This document shows positions 48,781 to 58,293 of a DNA stretch of 64,000 nt, in pieces (within the stretch, counting starts at the first letter, position 1; the number at the start of each line of letters is the position of its first letter). Source of the DNA: Acidobacteriota bacterium (lineage in GTDB: Bacteria; Acidobacteriota; CAIWXX01); assembly GCA_040755995.1 (NCBI GenBank), contig JBFMAF010000035.1, positions 1 to 64,000 of the forward strand, written 5' to 3'. Both the position numbers and the translations under genes were made by a program. The notes under the pieces are model-generated. The model saw nothing but the letters and a program-made list of their open reading frames with translations, was not told the origin of the DNA and made no database searches.

Positions 48781-50976
48781 TCAGCGTGCAGCGTAGTGTC
48801 CACCGTACGCCTCCACCTGAGACTCGATCCCCAGCACTCGTGTGAGGAACGCCCAACGATCGGCAGTCTCCTCGATGAGCTTCGTCGTGGACTTGCCGGC
48901 GCCGTGGCCCGCCTTAGTCTCGATTCGGATCAGCACGGGTGCTTGGCCCGCCTGCGCCGCCTGCAGCGCCGCGGCGAACTTGAAGCTGTGGGCCGGAACG
49001 ACTCGATCGTCGTGATCGGAGGTGGTGATGAGGGTCGCAGGATAGGACGTGTCCGGCTTGATTCTGTGCAGCGGAGAATATGCGTAGAGCGCCTTGAACT
49101 CCGAGGGGTCGTCCGACGACCCGTAGTCCGACGTCCAGGCCCAGCCGATGGTGTACTTGTGGAAGCGGAGCATATCCATCACGCCGACCGCGGGCAGCGC
49201 TGCGCCGAACAGGTCGGGGCGCTGTGTCATGCAGGCACCCACGAGAAGCCCTCCGTTGCTCCCGCCTCCAATCGCCAGCCGCGCACTGGATGTGTACTTG
49301 TTGGCGATCAGGTACTCTGCCGCCGCGATGAAATCGTCAAAGACGTTTTGCTTGCCGAGCATGGTGCCGGCCCTGTGCCACTCCTCGCCGTACTCGCCTC
49401 CGCCCCGCAGATTCGGCACGGCCAGAACGCCTCCCATCTCCAGCCAGACCATGTTCGCGACGCTGAAGAACGGCGCCATCGAGATGTTGAAACCGCCGTA
49501 CCCGTAGAGGTAGGTCGGGTTGTTCCCGTCCAGCCGTAGTCCCTTGCGGCTGGTGATGAACATCGGGATCCGCGTTCCGTCTTCGCCCCGATAGAAGACC
49601 TGCGAGGTCTCGAAGTCCTGCACACGGATGTCGGGCCGTGGCGAGTGAAGAACATCGAGTCTGCCGGTGGGCACATCGCAGCGATAGATGGTCTGAGGAG
49701 AGACGAAACTCTCGAACGAGAAGAATATCTCCCGGTCTTTGCGCCTGCCTTCGATGTCCTCGACGCTCCCGATAGCGGGCAGCTCCAACCGTCGAACCAG
49801 GCCGCCCTGCAGATCAAACGTCCTGATCTCGGAGCTGGCGTCCTTCAGATACTCGACGACGAACGTATCGCCTATGAGGGTGACCGACTCGATCGGCTCC
49901 TCCGCCTGCGGCACCAGCTCCTTCCATTCCGAAGGCTCCGGTGATCTCGTATCGATCGCGACGATGCGGCCTCGCGGCGCGTCGAGGTCGGTCCTGAAAT
50001 AGAGCACCGGCCCGGCGTTGTCTATGAAATCGTATAGGGCGTCGAAGCCGGCCCGCAGCTCGATGAATGCGTTGTCCTTTCTGCCGAGATCCTTGTACAA
50101 GACGGCGTTTGCCGGCCCGGTGTCCCTGTAAACGCCGAGGACCAGATAGCGCCCGTCATCGGTGACCGCCGCTGAGAACATGTACTCCTTTTGGTCCCGC
50201 CGCTCGTACACGAGATCGTCTTCGCTCTGCGACGTGCCGACCTTGTGGAAGAACACCTTCTGGTAGTAGTTGACCCCCTCGTACTCCTCCCCCGTTCTCG
50301 GTTCGTCGTACCGGCTGTAGTAGAACCCCTTCCCGTCAGGCGTCCACGAGGCTCCCGAGAACTTGATCCACTCGATACGATCCGGCAGGTCTTTGCCTGT
50401 CTCGACGTCTCGTAACTTCCATTCTTCCCAGTCCGATCCCGACGTGGAGAGACCGTATGCCAGCAAGCTGCCGTCCTCTGACGGAGATACGCCGGCGAGC
50501 GCGACCGTGCCGTCGGGCGAGAGGGTGTTGGGATCGAGGAGTACCCGCGGAGCTCCGTCGAGCCCTTCCGAGACGTAGAGCGCGCTCTGGTTCTGCAGGC
50601 CGTCATTCTTGAGACAGAAGTAGCGATTCCCGCGCTTCTGCGGCACGCCGTACCGTTCGAAGTTCCAGATCTCGTTCAGGCGTCTCCGAATCCGGCCGCG
50701 TGATGGGACGGCGCCGATGTACTTCGACGTCAGCGCGTTCTCAGCCTCTATCCATGCCCGGCTCTCTGCGGAATCCGGGTCCTCCAGCCAGCGATATGGA
50801 TCCGCCACCCTCACGCCGTGATATACGTCCACCTGATCGCACTTCCGAGCCTTGGGATAGGCCGGGCGCGCGTCGGTCGTGTCCGGCGAGACTCCGCCGG
50901 CTCCCGCCGCCGTCTGTAGACTCAGGGAAAAACAGGCGACAACCGCCAACGATCCTCTCACGTTCACCGCGCGCAT
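48781..50976 (-). CDS. Prolyl oligopeptidase (S9A), exported
   Basis: DPYRWLE, YGYGGF, GGSNGG, DDRV, AGHG catalytic triad motifs. Confidence 0.96.
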   Translation of the reverse strand: MRAVNVRGSLAVVACFSLSLQTAAGAGGVSPDTTDARPAYPKARKCDQVDVYHGVRVADPYRWLEDPDSAESRAWIEAENALTSKYIGAVPSRGRIRRRLNEIWNFERYGVPQKRGNRYFCLKNDGLQNQSALYVSEGLDGAPRVLLDPNTLSPDGTVALAGVSPSEDGSLLAYGLSTSGSDWEEWKLRDVETGKDLPDRIEWIKFSGASWTPDGKGFYYSRYDEPRTGEEYEGVNYYQKVFFHKVGTSQSEDDLVYERRDQKEYMFSAAVTDDGRYLVLGVYRDTGPANAVLYKDLGRKDNAFIELRAGFDALYDFIDNAGPVLYFRTDLDAPRGRIVAIDTRSPEPSEWKELVPQAEEPIESVTLIGDTFVVEYLKDASSEIRTFDLQGGLVRRLELPAIGSVEDIEGRRKDREIFFSFESFVSPQTIYRCDVPTGRLDVLHSPRPDIRVQDFETSQVFYRGEDGTRIPMFITSRKGLRLDGNNPTYLYGYGGFNISMAPFFSVANMVWLEMGGVLAVPNLRGGGEYGEEWHRAGTMLGKQNVFDDFIAAAEYLIANKYTSSARLAIGGGSNGGLLVGACMTQRPDLFGAALPAVGVMDMLRFHKYTIGWAWTSDYGSSDDPSEFKALYAYSPLHRIKPDTSYPATLITTSDHDDRVVPAHSFKFAAALQAAQAGQAPVLIRIETKAGHGAGKSTTKLIEETADRWAFLTRVLGIESQVEAYGGHYAAR

Positions 50977-51125
50977 GGCGATCTCCTCCTTCAGACAAGG
51001 GGCTAGTATACTGCTGGGCCGCAGCATTGACCACTGCGACCCCAGCCTCCGTAATTCCCCAGCATCGCCAGTGCTTTCGTGAACGTCGACGTCGAGGTGA
51101 ACGTGAACGAATCCTCGTCCGGGGA

Positions 51126-52433
51126 CTACTCGGAGCGCCGGATATCAGCCTTCAGCACGATGCGCACGGGGGAATGCAGCAGCCCGAAGCGGCGCCGGAT
51201 ATGGTTTTCCAGCATCTTCCGGTAGGCCGGCTGGAACTGGGTCTTCCGCTTCGCGAAGAGCTGGACGCAAGCGGGCAGCCTGCCGATCTGCACGCCGTAC
51301 TTGATCGCACACTGGCGACCGTCGGCGAACAACGGGGACCGCATCTCGAAGAAGCTCTCGAGAAACCGATTCAGGTCCGCGGTCCGGAGCTCCCGCGAGC
51401 CCTCCGCCACCAGCTCCTTCACGGCCTTGAGGATGCGGTCAGTGCCGTACCCGGTGAGCGCGGAAATGAAGAGCACGCGTGCCCACGGCAGCTCCTTCAT
51501 AGCATCGTGCACCTGCTTTTCGGCGCGAGCGCGGTTGAACGATGGCGCGAGGTCGATCTTGTTCACGACGACCAGCACGGATCGCGCGTGGTCCGACGCC
51601 TCCGATGCCAGGTACCGGTCGTGGGCGCTGATGCCTCCCGCGCTGTCCAGCATGAGGACCGTGCAGTCCGCCCTCGGTATCGTGTTCCGTGCAGCGATTA
51701 CAGCTATGATCTCCTGCGAATCGTCGATCTTGGTCTTGCGCCGGATCCCGGCCGTGTCGAGTATTCGAAAGCGTTGCCCGTGCGATTCGAGCTCGGCGTC
51801 GACACAATCGCGCGTCGTTCCCGGCAGCGCGCTGACGGATGCTCGTTCGTAGCCGAGCAGCCGGTTGAGCAGAGTCGACTTGCCGCTGTTCGGCCTGCCG
51901 ACGATCGCGATGGTGACGGCGTCAGATACGGCGACTTCAGCGCGCGGTTCCTCAGGCAGGCTCTGGAGGATCCGTGCGACCAGCTCGTCCACACCTCTCC
52001 CGTGCATCGCCGAGACAGCCAGCGTCTCAACCCCAAGCTCGGCGAAGCCTGCGAGTTTGAGCTCTCGTGCATCTGAATCCATCTTGTTCACGGCCACGAT
52101 GAACGGCTTTCTCTTTCGAATGCCACGGACCAGATCGACGTCCGGTGGGCGCAGCCCCTCATTCCCGTCCAGCAGCACGACCACAAGATCCGACTCTGCG
52201 AGGGCCAGACCGACCTGGCGCTGGATGGCCCGCTGAAGCTCGTCGTGCGCCTCGGCGACTCCGCCCGTGTCGATCACCAGAAACTCGCACCCTTCCGTCT
52301 CGACCACCCCATAGAGCCGGTCGCGCGTCATCCCGGCCTCTCGATGGACCAGCGCGCGCCTTCTACCTGTGAGGCGATTGAAGAGAGTCGACTTGCCGCT
52401 ATTCGGCAGACCGACGATCGCGACTTTCTTCAC
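51126..52433 (-). CDS. der: Ribosome biogenesis GTPase Der
   Basis: Two G domains (GLPNSGKS/DTGG/NKMD; GRPNSGKS/DTAG/NKID) plus KH-like C-terminus. Confidence 0.95.
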   Translation of the reverse strand: MKKVAIVGLPNSGKSTLFNRLTGRRRALVHREAGMTRDRLYGVVETEGCEFLVIDTGGVAEAHDELQRAIQRQVGLALAESDLVVVLLDGNEGLRPPDVDLVRGIRKRKPFIVAVNKMDSDARELKLAGFAELGVETLAVSAMHGRGVDELVARILQSLPEEPRAEVAVSDAVTIAIVGRPNSGKSTLLNRLLGYERASVSALPGTTRDCVDAELESHGQRFRILDTAGIRRKTKIDDSQEIIAVIAARNTIPRADCTVLMLDSAGGISAHDRYLASEASDHARSVLVVVNKIDLAPSFNRARAEKQVHDAMKELPWARVLFISALTGYGTDRILKAVKELVAEGSRELRTADLNRFLESFFEMRSPLFADGRQCAIKYGVQIGRLPACVQLFAKRKTQFQPAYRKMLENHIRRRFGLLHSPVRIVLKADIRRSE

Positions 52434-52729
52434 GACGGCATCTCCTGGTAATCGAGAGCATGGCGCTGCACGCAAATCCAGCTCATTCTACGCCATATTG
52501 TCCTGCTGGCCGCAGACATCTGGGCATTGGCGAGGCATCTGTGGATTCTGCCGACAACTGACAATTTCGCGAACCCCGCCTTCGTGGCGTACCATACGCC
52601 GTCACAAGATACCATATGGTGCAACTGGGACGTGTTGTGGAGTCCGGGGACCAGCCCGTCGGCCCGCCGACGCGGAGTTGACGGAAAGCCCCGGCTGCGA
52701 ATAGTCTCTGCGATATCGAGGAGACCTGA

Positions 52730-53435
52730 TATGCCGGATCGAAGCGCTTTCCACGGGTTCACAAAGCAGACCGTCGCGTTCTTGAACGGCCTGAAGCGGA
52801 ACAATAACAGGGAATGGTTCGAGGCTCACCGCGCCGACTACGAGCAGCATGTGCTCGATCCCGCGAAGGCGTTCGTCGTTGCTCTCGGGAATTCTCTCCG
52901 GGGCATGGCGCCCGGCCTGGTGGCCTTGCCGAAGATCAACGGCTCGATCTTTCGCCTCAACCGCGACACCCGGTTCAGCCCGGATAAGACGCCTTACAAG
53001 ACCCATCTCGCCGTGTTTCTGTGGGAGGGCGAGGAGCGTCTGGAGGGATCCGGGTTCTATTTCCATCTCGAGCCTCCGAACCTGATGCTTGGAGCCGGCA
53101 TCTACATCTTCCCCAAATCGCTGCTCGGCCGCTATCGGAGCGTGGTGGCGGAACCCGAACGAGGCCGGGAGCTGTCGAAGCTCATTGAGCGTCTACGGCG
53201 GAAGGGCTTCGAGGTCGGCGGGAAGCGGCTGAAGCGTCCGCCGGCAGGATTCGATCCAGCAGATCCACGCGTAACGCTGCTCATGCACACCGGCTTGTAC
53301 GCCGGCACCGAGATGCGCATCCCGCAGGAAATCTATTCGCCGAATCTGCTCTCGTACTGCCGCGACAAGTTCGGACAGATGGCCCCACTTCACCACTGGC
53401 TGGTCCGCCTGAGCCGCGGCGATTTCGATCGCTGA
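52730..53435 (+). CDS. DUF2461 family protein
   Basis: NNNREWF, IFRLNRDTRFSPDKTPYK, GFYFH, LKRPP. Confidence 0.9.
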
Positions 53436-53464
53436 AGCCTCCGAGCTACAGCGCTCCGCCCGGT

Positions 53465-53893
53465 TCAGCGCAGAGAGATGCGGATTCTTCCGTCTTCGAC
53501 CTGGACCGCGTGGCAGCCCGCCGGCTTCTTGGCGGGGCCGTGAAGCGCCTTCCCACCGTAGTCGTACGTGGTCTTCCCGACGCTGCAGCACTGCACGGTC
53601 TCGGTCCCTGGCACCGGATCCAGACGGCGGCCCATATGCCCACATCGGTTGCGGAAGGCATGGTATCTGCCGTCCTCGCCGTGAATCACCAGCACGCGAT
53701 CAGGCAGCCCTTTGCCTTCGAGACGGATCCCACCGCCGCGCCGCGTGATCTCAGGGGCCCGGCTCAGATCCACGACGACCTCGCCCCCTTCATACCGCCA
53801 GCAGTGCGGGTCCTGAGGCGGTTGGGTAACAGGCAGGCCGAACAGACGCTGCAGGAAACTCCTCTTCAAGATCGTCACTTCCACCTGCGCCAC
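53465..53893 (-). CDS. Rieske-like 2Fe-2S protein with atypical second motif
   Basis: AFRNRCGHMG (CxH) and QCCSVGKTTY...GPA. Confidence 0.7.
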   Translation of the reverse strand: MAQVEVTILKRSFLQRLFGLPVTQPPQDPHCWRYEGGEVVVDLSRAPEITRRGGGIRLEGKGLPDRVLVIHGEDGRYHAFRNRCGHMGRRLDPVPGTETVQCCSVGKTTYDYGGKALHGPAKKPAGCHAVQVEDGRIRISLR

Positions 53894-53910
53894 CTCGCTT
53901 TCGCGCGTAG

Positions 53911-53939
53911 TTTACATCCCGGATCGACTCCGCTACAAT
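53911..53939 (+). promoter_or_regulatory. sigma70 promoter of the selenoprotein gene
   Basis: TTTACA-17 nt-TACAAT. Confidence 0.75.
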
Positions 53940-53966
53940 GGGCTCAGTCAAGAGGGAGTTGCGCAG

Positions 53967-54188
53967 ATGGACAATGACGTGCTCATCTTCGGAAAGGACA
54001 CTTGACCCTACACGACGAAGGCCCGTGAGGACTTCGCCAAGAACCGCAAGGTCCGATACCTGAACGTCGCCAAGGATCCGGCAGGCCTCGAACAGATGCT
54101 CAAACATAGCAAAGGCAGGCGCGAGGTACCGGTCATCGTGGATGGCGGCAAGGTGACGATCGGTTGGGGAGGCTCCTGAGGCGTCTGA
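53967..54188 (+). CDS. Glutaredoxin-like selenoprotein (UXX-star type) with two Sec residues
   Basis: MDNDVLIFGKDT-U-PYTTKARE...REVPVIVDGGKVTIGWGGS-U-GV*; TGA at 54003 and 54177; GAGGGAG RBS. Confidence 0.9.
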
Positions 54189-54192
54189 CGCA

Positions 54193-54211
54193 GTGCGGCG
54201 GTCAGCCGCAC
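54193..54211 (+). promoter_or_regulatory. Candidate SECIS hairpin for the second UGA
   Basis: GTGCGGC-GGTCA-GCCGCAC; G-initiated loop about 20 nt after UGA. Confidence 0.6.
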
Positions 54212-54245
54212 CACTCTGAGGGCGGCCTCGCTGCGCGGATACCGT

Positions 54246-55874
54246 TCACTTCCAGACGATCTCGCCGCCCAGCAGCGTCATCCACGTTGTGACGCCCTTG
54301 AGCGAGGCATGCTGGATCTCGAACGGATTCTCGTTCGTGACTACGATGTCGGCGAGCTTACCAGGCTCGATCGACCCCAGATCTCGTTCAAGGAAACCGG
54401 CGAAGGCCGACCCCATCGTGTAGTAGTAGAGCGCATCTGCGAGCGGCATGCGCTCCTCGGGGAACCACCCCCTGTCCGGCTTCCCTTCCAGATCCTGTCG
54501 CGTGACGGCTGCGTAGATGCCCAGCCACGGATTCAGCGGCTCCACAGGCCAGTCCGTACCGAAGGCCATTGGGATGCCCGCGCGATGCAGTGACCCGTAG
54601 GCGTAGCTGTCCTTGCAACGCTCTCCCACCCGCTTCTCGCACCAGTGCATATCGTCCAGGATGTGACTGGGCTCGACTGACGCAATCGCTCCGGTCTTCT
54701 TGAACAGCCCGAAATCCTGCCTCCGCACTACCTGTACGTGCTCGATCTTGACCCGCCGGTCGCGCGGCGGGAGCCTGGACAAGTCGTCGAGCGTCATCCA
54801 GATTGCGCGATCGCCGATTGCGTGAATGTGAAGCTGGAACCCGGCTTCGTCGGCGCGCCCGATCAGTGACTCCAGCTCGCCAGGCGCATATAGCGACAGC
54901 CCCGACGTCTGTGGACGGTCGTTGTACGGTTCGAAGAAGAGCGCCGTCCCGGAGCCCATGCTCCCATCGGTCAGGATTTTCAGCCCCTGGATGCGAAGCA
55001 TGTTTCCGCCGAGGCCCTGGGCGATGCCGAGCACCGTCAACGAGTCGAGCGCCGCGATCGGCGGGCAGGCCAGCATCCGCACGCGCAACTCGCTCTTGTT
55101 GTGAAGCTCCGTGTAGACCGAGAGATCGGTCGGAGCCGTGCCCATGTCCATGACCGTGGTGACGCCGCAGCGCGCGGCCTCGGCCTGCGCCGCCCCAGCG
55201 GCATCCCGGACCTGCGCGAGTGATCGCCGTGGTATGACGGCGTAAACCAGATCCATGGCGTTATCCCGAAGCGTCCCGTCCGGATCGCCCGCCGCGTCGC
55301 GGCCGATCTCGCCACCCTCAGGGCTCTTCGTCTCGCGGGTGATTCCGGCAGCGCGGAGCGCGCGCGTATTGACGACTCCCATGTGCATGTCGTGCCGCGT
55401 GAGAAAGACGGGGTTGCGAGGCGCAGCCTTGTCCAGCAGGGCGGCGGCCGGCGGCTTCTTGTCGGGCCAGATCTCATGGTCCCAGCCGCCGCCGGTGATC
55501 CACTCGCCCGGCTCGGTTCTCTTGACATACTCGGCGAGCCGGTTCGCAAGATCCGCCTGGTCGCGGCAGTCCTTCAGCCGGGTCTGCAACAGGCTCGCCC
55601 CGCCGTCTATGAAGTGCACATGAGCATCGATGAACCCGGGCATCGCGAAGCGGCCGCCGAGGTCGATGAGCTGCGCGTCAGGCGAGGCCAGCGCCCGGAT
55701 CTCCGCGGTCGTCCCGATCTTCCAGATCCGGTCGTCCCGGATGATTACCGCCTCTTTCCACGATCGCTGCGCGTCCATCGTATAGATGCGGCCATTCACC
55801 AACAGCTTCTCGTAGCTATCCGCCATGAGCAACCCCGCTGAGAGTAAGAATGGTAGGAACGAGAGTGATTTCAC
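54246..55874 (-). CDS. Amidohydrolase 3 (YtcJ-like), exported
   Basis: PGFIDAHVH, HAIGDRA, KIEHVQ, FGTDWP, GSIEPGKLAD; probable leaderless GTG after TTGCTC-17-CATAAT. Confidence 0.93.
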   Translation of the reverse strand: MKSLSFLPFLLSAGLLMADSYEKLLVNGRIYTMDAQRSWKEAVIIRDDRIWKIGTTAEIRALASPDAQLIDLGGRFAMPGFIDAHVHFIDGGASLLQTRLKDCRDQADLANRLAEYVKRTEPGEWITGGGWDHEIWPDKKPPAAALLDKAAPRNPVFLTRHDMHMGVVNTRALRAAGITRETKSPEGGEIGRDAAGDPDGTLRDNAMDLVYAVIPRRSLAQVRDAAGAAQAEAARCGVTTVMDMGTAPTDLSVYTELHNKSELRVRMLACPPIAALDSLTVLGIAQGLGGNMLRIQGLKILTDGSMGSGTALFFEPYNDRPQTSGLSLYAPGELESLIGRADEAGFQLHIHAIGDRAIWMTLDDLSRLPPRDRRVKIEHVQVVRRQDFGLFKKTGAIASVEPSHILDDMHWCEKRVGERCKDSYAYGSLHRAGIPMAFGTDWPVEPLNPWLGIYAAVTRQDLEGKPDRGWFPEERMPLADALYYYTMGSAFAGFLERDLGSIEPGKLADIVVTNENPFEIQHASLKGVTTWMTLLGGEIVWK

Positions 55875-55912
55875 CGTCGTGATTATGTCAATACGCCCGG
55901 CGTTGAGCAAGG

Positions 55913-55937
55913 AGTTGTCAGTTGGCAGTTGTCAGTC
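55913..55937. repeat. Heptamer repeat AGTTG(T/G)C x3
   Basis: Read directly. Confidence 0.75.
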
Positions 55938-56011
55938 AAGGCCCCTCCGCGTCTCCGTGTCAGGGGTGCTCGACGCGCACTCGTGTCCTCTCGGTGCTCA
56001 GGGCGTCGTTT

Positions 56012-56095
56012 TCTCTGCTTCTCCCCTTCTCCGTGTCTCCGTGTCTCCGCGTCTTCCGTCTCCCGTCTTCCGTCTTCCGTCTCCGCGTCGCGCCG
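56012..56095. repeat. Mosaic octamer/heptamer array (TCTCCGTG / TCTTCCG)
   Basis: Five octamers, four heptamers, two octamers; abuts the stop codon at 56096. Confidence 0.9.
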
Positions 56096-56620
56096 TTAGC
56101 TCTTCTTCCGAGTCAGTTTCATGATGGCGGCGTCCTTCTTGGACCCGTTTTCGTAGAAGCTCCATTCGCACCGGACTGTGTCGTCGTCGACGAAGGTGAT
56201 CACCGCGTCATGCATATGGCCGGTCTTGGCCGGGTCGATGTTGGTGCCGCCGTCGAACTTGAAGACGAGCGTCTCCTCGTCGCCGCCGGGTTGGGCCCTC
56301 ATATGCGGCTGATTGTGCTCTGCGCAGTAGTGCGTCAAGACGAGATCATTGCCGTCGAGGTAGTATACAGTCACCATTTCGTGTTCGGTTCCGGCGAACA
56401 ACGTCTCGACCACCGCGCTTCCGGCCGAAGTGAGCTTGTACGTGAAAAGCGCGGGTCCCTGGGGCGTTTCCATCGTCCACTCGCCCAGGAGTTTCTTCAG
56501 CTTCTCGAATCCCGGATTCACTGCCGCCGGCTTGGCAGCCATCTCTTGGGCCGGGGCGGCTGTTGCGCAAACGAGCACGATCGCGAGCATTCCGAACAAG
56601 CATGCCGTCATCAGTTTCAT
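56096..56620 (-). CDS. Conserved exported hypothetical protein
   Basis: Signal peptide; EMVTVY, LTHYC..NQP, GHMH; AGGAG RBS. Confidence 0.8.
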   Translation of the reverse strand: MKLMTACLFGMLAIVLVCATAAPAQEMAAKPAAVNPGFEKLKKLLGEWTMETPQGPALFTYKLTSAGSAVVETLFAGTEHEMVTVYYLDGNDLVLTHYCAEHNQPHMRAQPGGDEETLVFKFDGGTNIDPAKTGHMHDAVITFVDDDTVRCEWSFYENGSKKDAAIMKLTRKKS

Positions 56621-56792
56621 CGGTTCTCTCCTCTTGAATCTCTGTCTCAGCCTCTGATTCAGCTCTCATCAGTACGCTACCAGAGATCGTCGATCCGCTC
56701 AAGGCGGGTTGAGCAGTCCAGCGGACCGCTGTGCAGGTCCGGCGTGGTTGGCCGCGTTGATCGATTCACGCGTTTCCCATAAGATCACGCGC

Positions 56793-58214
56793 ATGACAGA
56801 AGAGAAGAAGCGCGGGTTCAAGCTGCCGCATCCGATCGTTCTCATCTACGTGCTGGTCATCCTCATGGCGATCCTGACGTGGGTCGTCCCGTCCGGAGAG
56901 TTCAACCGGGTCGAAAAGAAGGTCGAGGGCAAGTCGAGGCTGGTGACGGTTCCGGGGACTTATCAGCGGGTGGACCAGAGTCCGGTGGGGCCGGAGATGC
57001 TCCTGATCAGCCCGATCAAGGGCTTTCAGGACGGAATGCTGATTATCGTGTTCTGTTTCATCATCGGAGGCGCGTTCGCCGTCATCCAGGAAACCGGCGC
57101 TATCGACCTTGCGATCCGGAGGATGGCAAACTCCTTTTCCAGGCATCCGTCGGCGCACAAGCTTCTCATCCCGGCTCTCATGATCGTGTTCTCTCTGGGC
57201 GGCGCGATTTTCGGCATGTGCGAGGAGACGATCCCGTTCATTCTCGTCTTCATCCCGCTCGCGATGTCACTCGGCTACGACTCCATCGTCGGCGTGTCGA
57301 TTCCGTTCCTGGGGGCGGCGGCGGGCTTCGCCGCGGCTTTCTTCAACCCGTTCACGGTCGGGATCGCTCAGGGGCTCTCGGACCTGCCGCTCTACTCAGG
57401 TCTGGACTATCGACTCCTGATCTGGGTCGTGGGTACGGCGGTCAACATCTCCTTCGTGATGATCTACGCCGCGAAGATCAAGCGAGATCCGACGCTGAGC
57501 CCCGTCTACGAGCTGGATCGCACACGGGTGCACGAGGTGCCGTCGAACGGCCCTGAGCCGGTGCACTGGACATGGAGGCACCGGCTGGTGCTGGGTGTGT
57601 TCGGCGCGGGCATCGTCATGCTGGTCGTCGGCATCCTGGTCTGGCACTGGTACATCGAGGAGATCGCCGCGCTGTTCATGGCGATGGGCATGCTGTCGGG
57701 ATTCGTTGGAGGGATCGGGCCCAGCCGGATCTCGCAGAACTTCGTGCAGGGGGCCAAGGACATGATGGGGGTCGCATTCGTCATCGCCTGCGGGCGAGCG
57801 ATTCTGGTGGTTGCCCAGGAGGGGAAGATCCTGGACACCGTTCTCTACGGAGCGTCCAACCTGATTTCCGTCTTCCCAGCGGTCATGACGGCCCAAATGA
57901 TGTTTCTGACGCAGTGCGTGATCAACTTCTTCATCCACTCCGGCACGGCGCAGGCGTCTCTGACGATGCCTATCATGGCTCCGCTGAGCGACCTGGTGGG
58001 CATCACGCGACAGACCACGGTTCTCGCGTTTCAGCTCTGCGAGTTCGTGAACCCGATCCTGCCCACCTCGGCCGTCACCATGGGCGTCCTCGGGGTGGCG
58101 AAGATCCCGTGGGACAAGTGGGCGCGCTGGTTCCTCCCGCTGATGCTGGTCCTGATGGCGCTGAGCTTTGTGCTGCTGGTGCCCCCGGTACTGCTGAACT
58201 GGGGGCCGTTCTAG
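56793..58214 (+). CDS. yfcC: YfcC family transporter
   Basis: LPHP, TWVVPSGEF, FGMCEET, NPFTVGIAQ, PIMAPLSDLVG. Confidence 0.88.
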   Translation: MTEEKKRGFKLPHPIVLIYVLVILMAILTWVVPSGEFNRVEKKVEGKSRLVTVPGTYQRVDQSPVGPEMLLISPIKGFQDGMLIIVFCFIIGGAFAVIQETGAIDLAIRRMANSFSRHPSAHKLLIPALMIVFSLGGAIFGMCEETIPFILVFIPLAMSLGYDSIVGVSIPFLGAAAGFAAAFFNPFTVGIAQGLSDLPLYSGLDYRLLIWVVGTAVNISFVMIYAAKIKRDPTLSPVYELDRTRVHEVPSNGPEPVHWTWRHRLVLGVFGAGIVMLVVGILVWHWYIEEIAALFMAMGMLSGFVGGIGPSRISQNFVQGAKDMMGVAFVIACGRAILVVAQEGKILDTVLYGASNLISVFPAVMTAQMMFLTQCVINFFIHSGTAQASLTMPIMAPLSDLVGITRQTTVLAFQLCEFVNPILPTSAVTMGVLGVAKIPWDKWARWFLPLMLVLMALSFVLLVPPVLLNWGPF

Positions 58215-58293
58215 GCGCCGATAGAACCCGCCTGGCGCACCGGCCCGTGAACCTGCCGCCGGCAGCGCTGCCGCGCGATCGGCGCTCGCGCGT

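Noticed and set aside
52590..52640. NrdR-box-like palindrome (ACCATATGGT)
   Set aside because: Partial match only, with no ribonucleotide reductase gene adjacent
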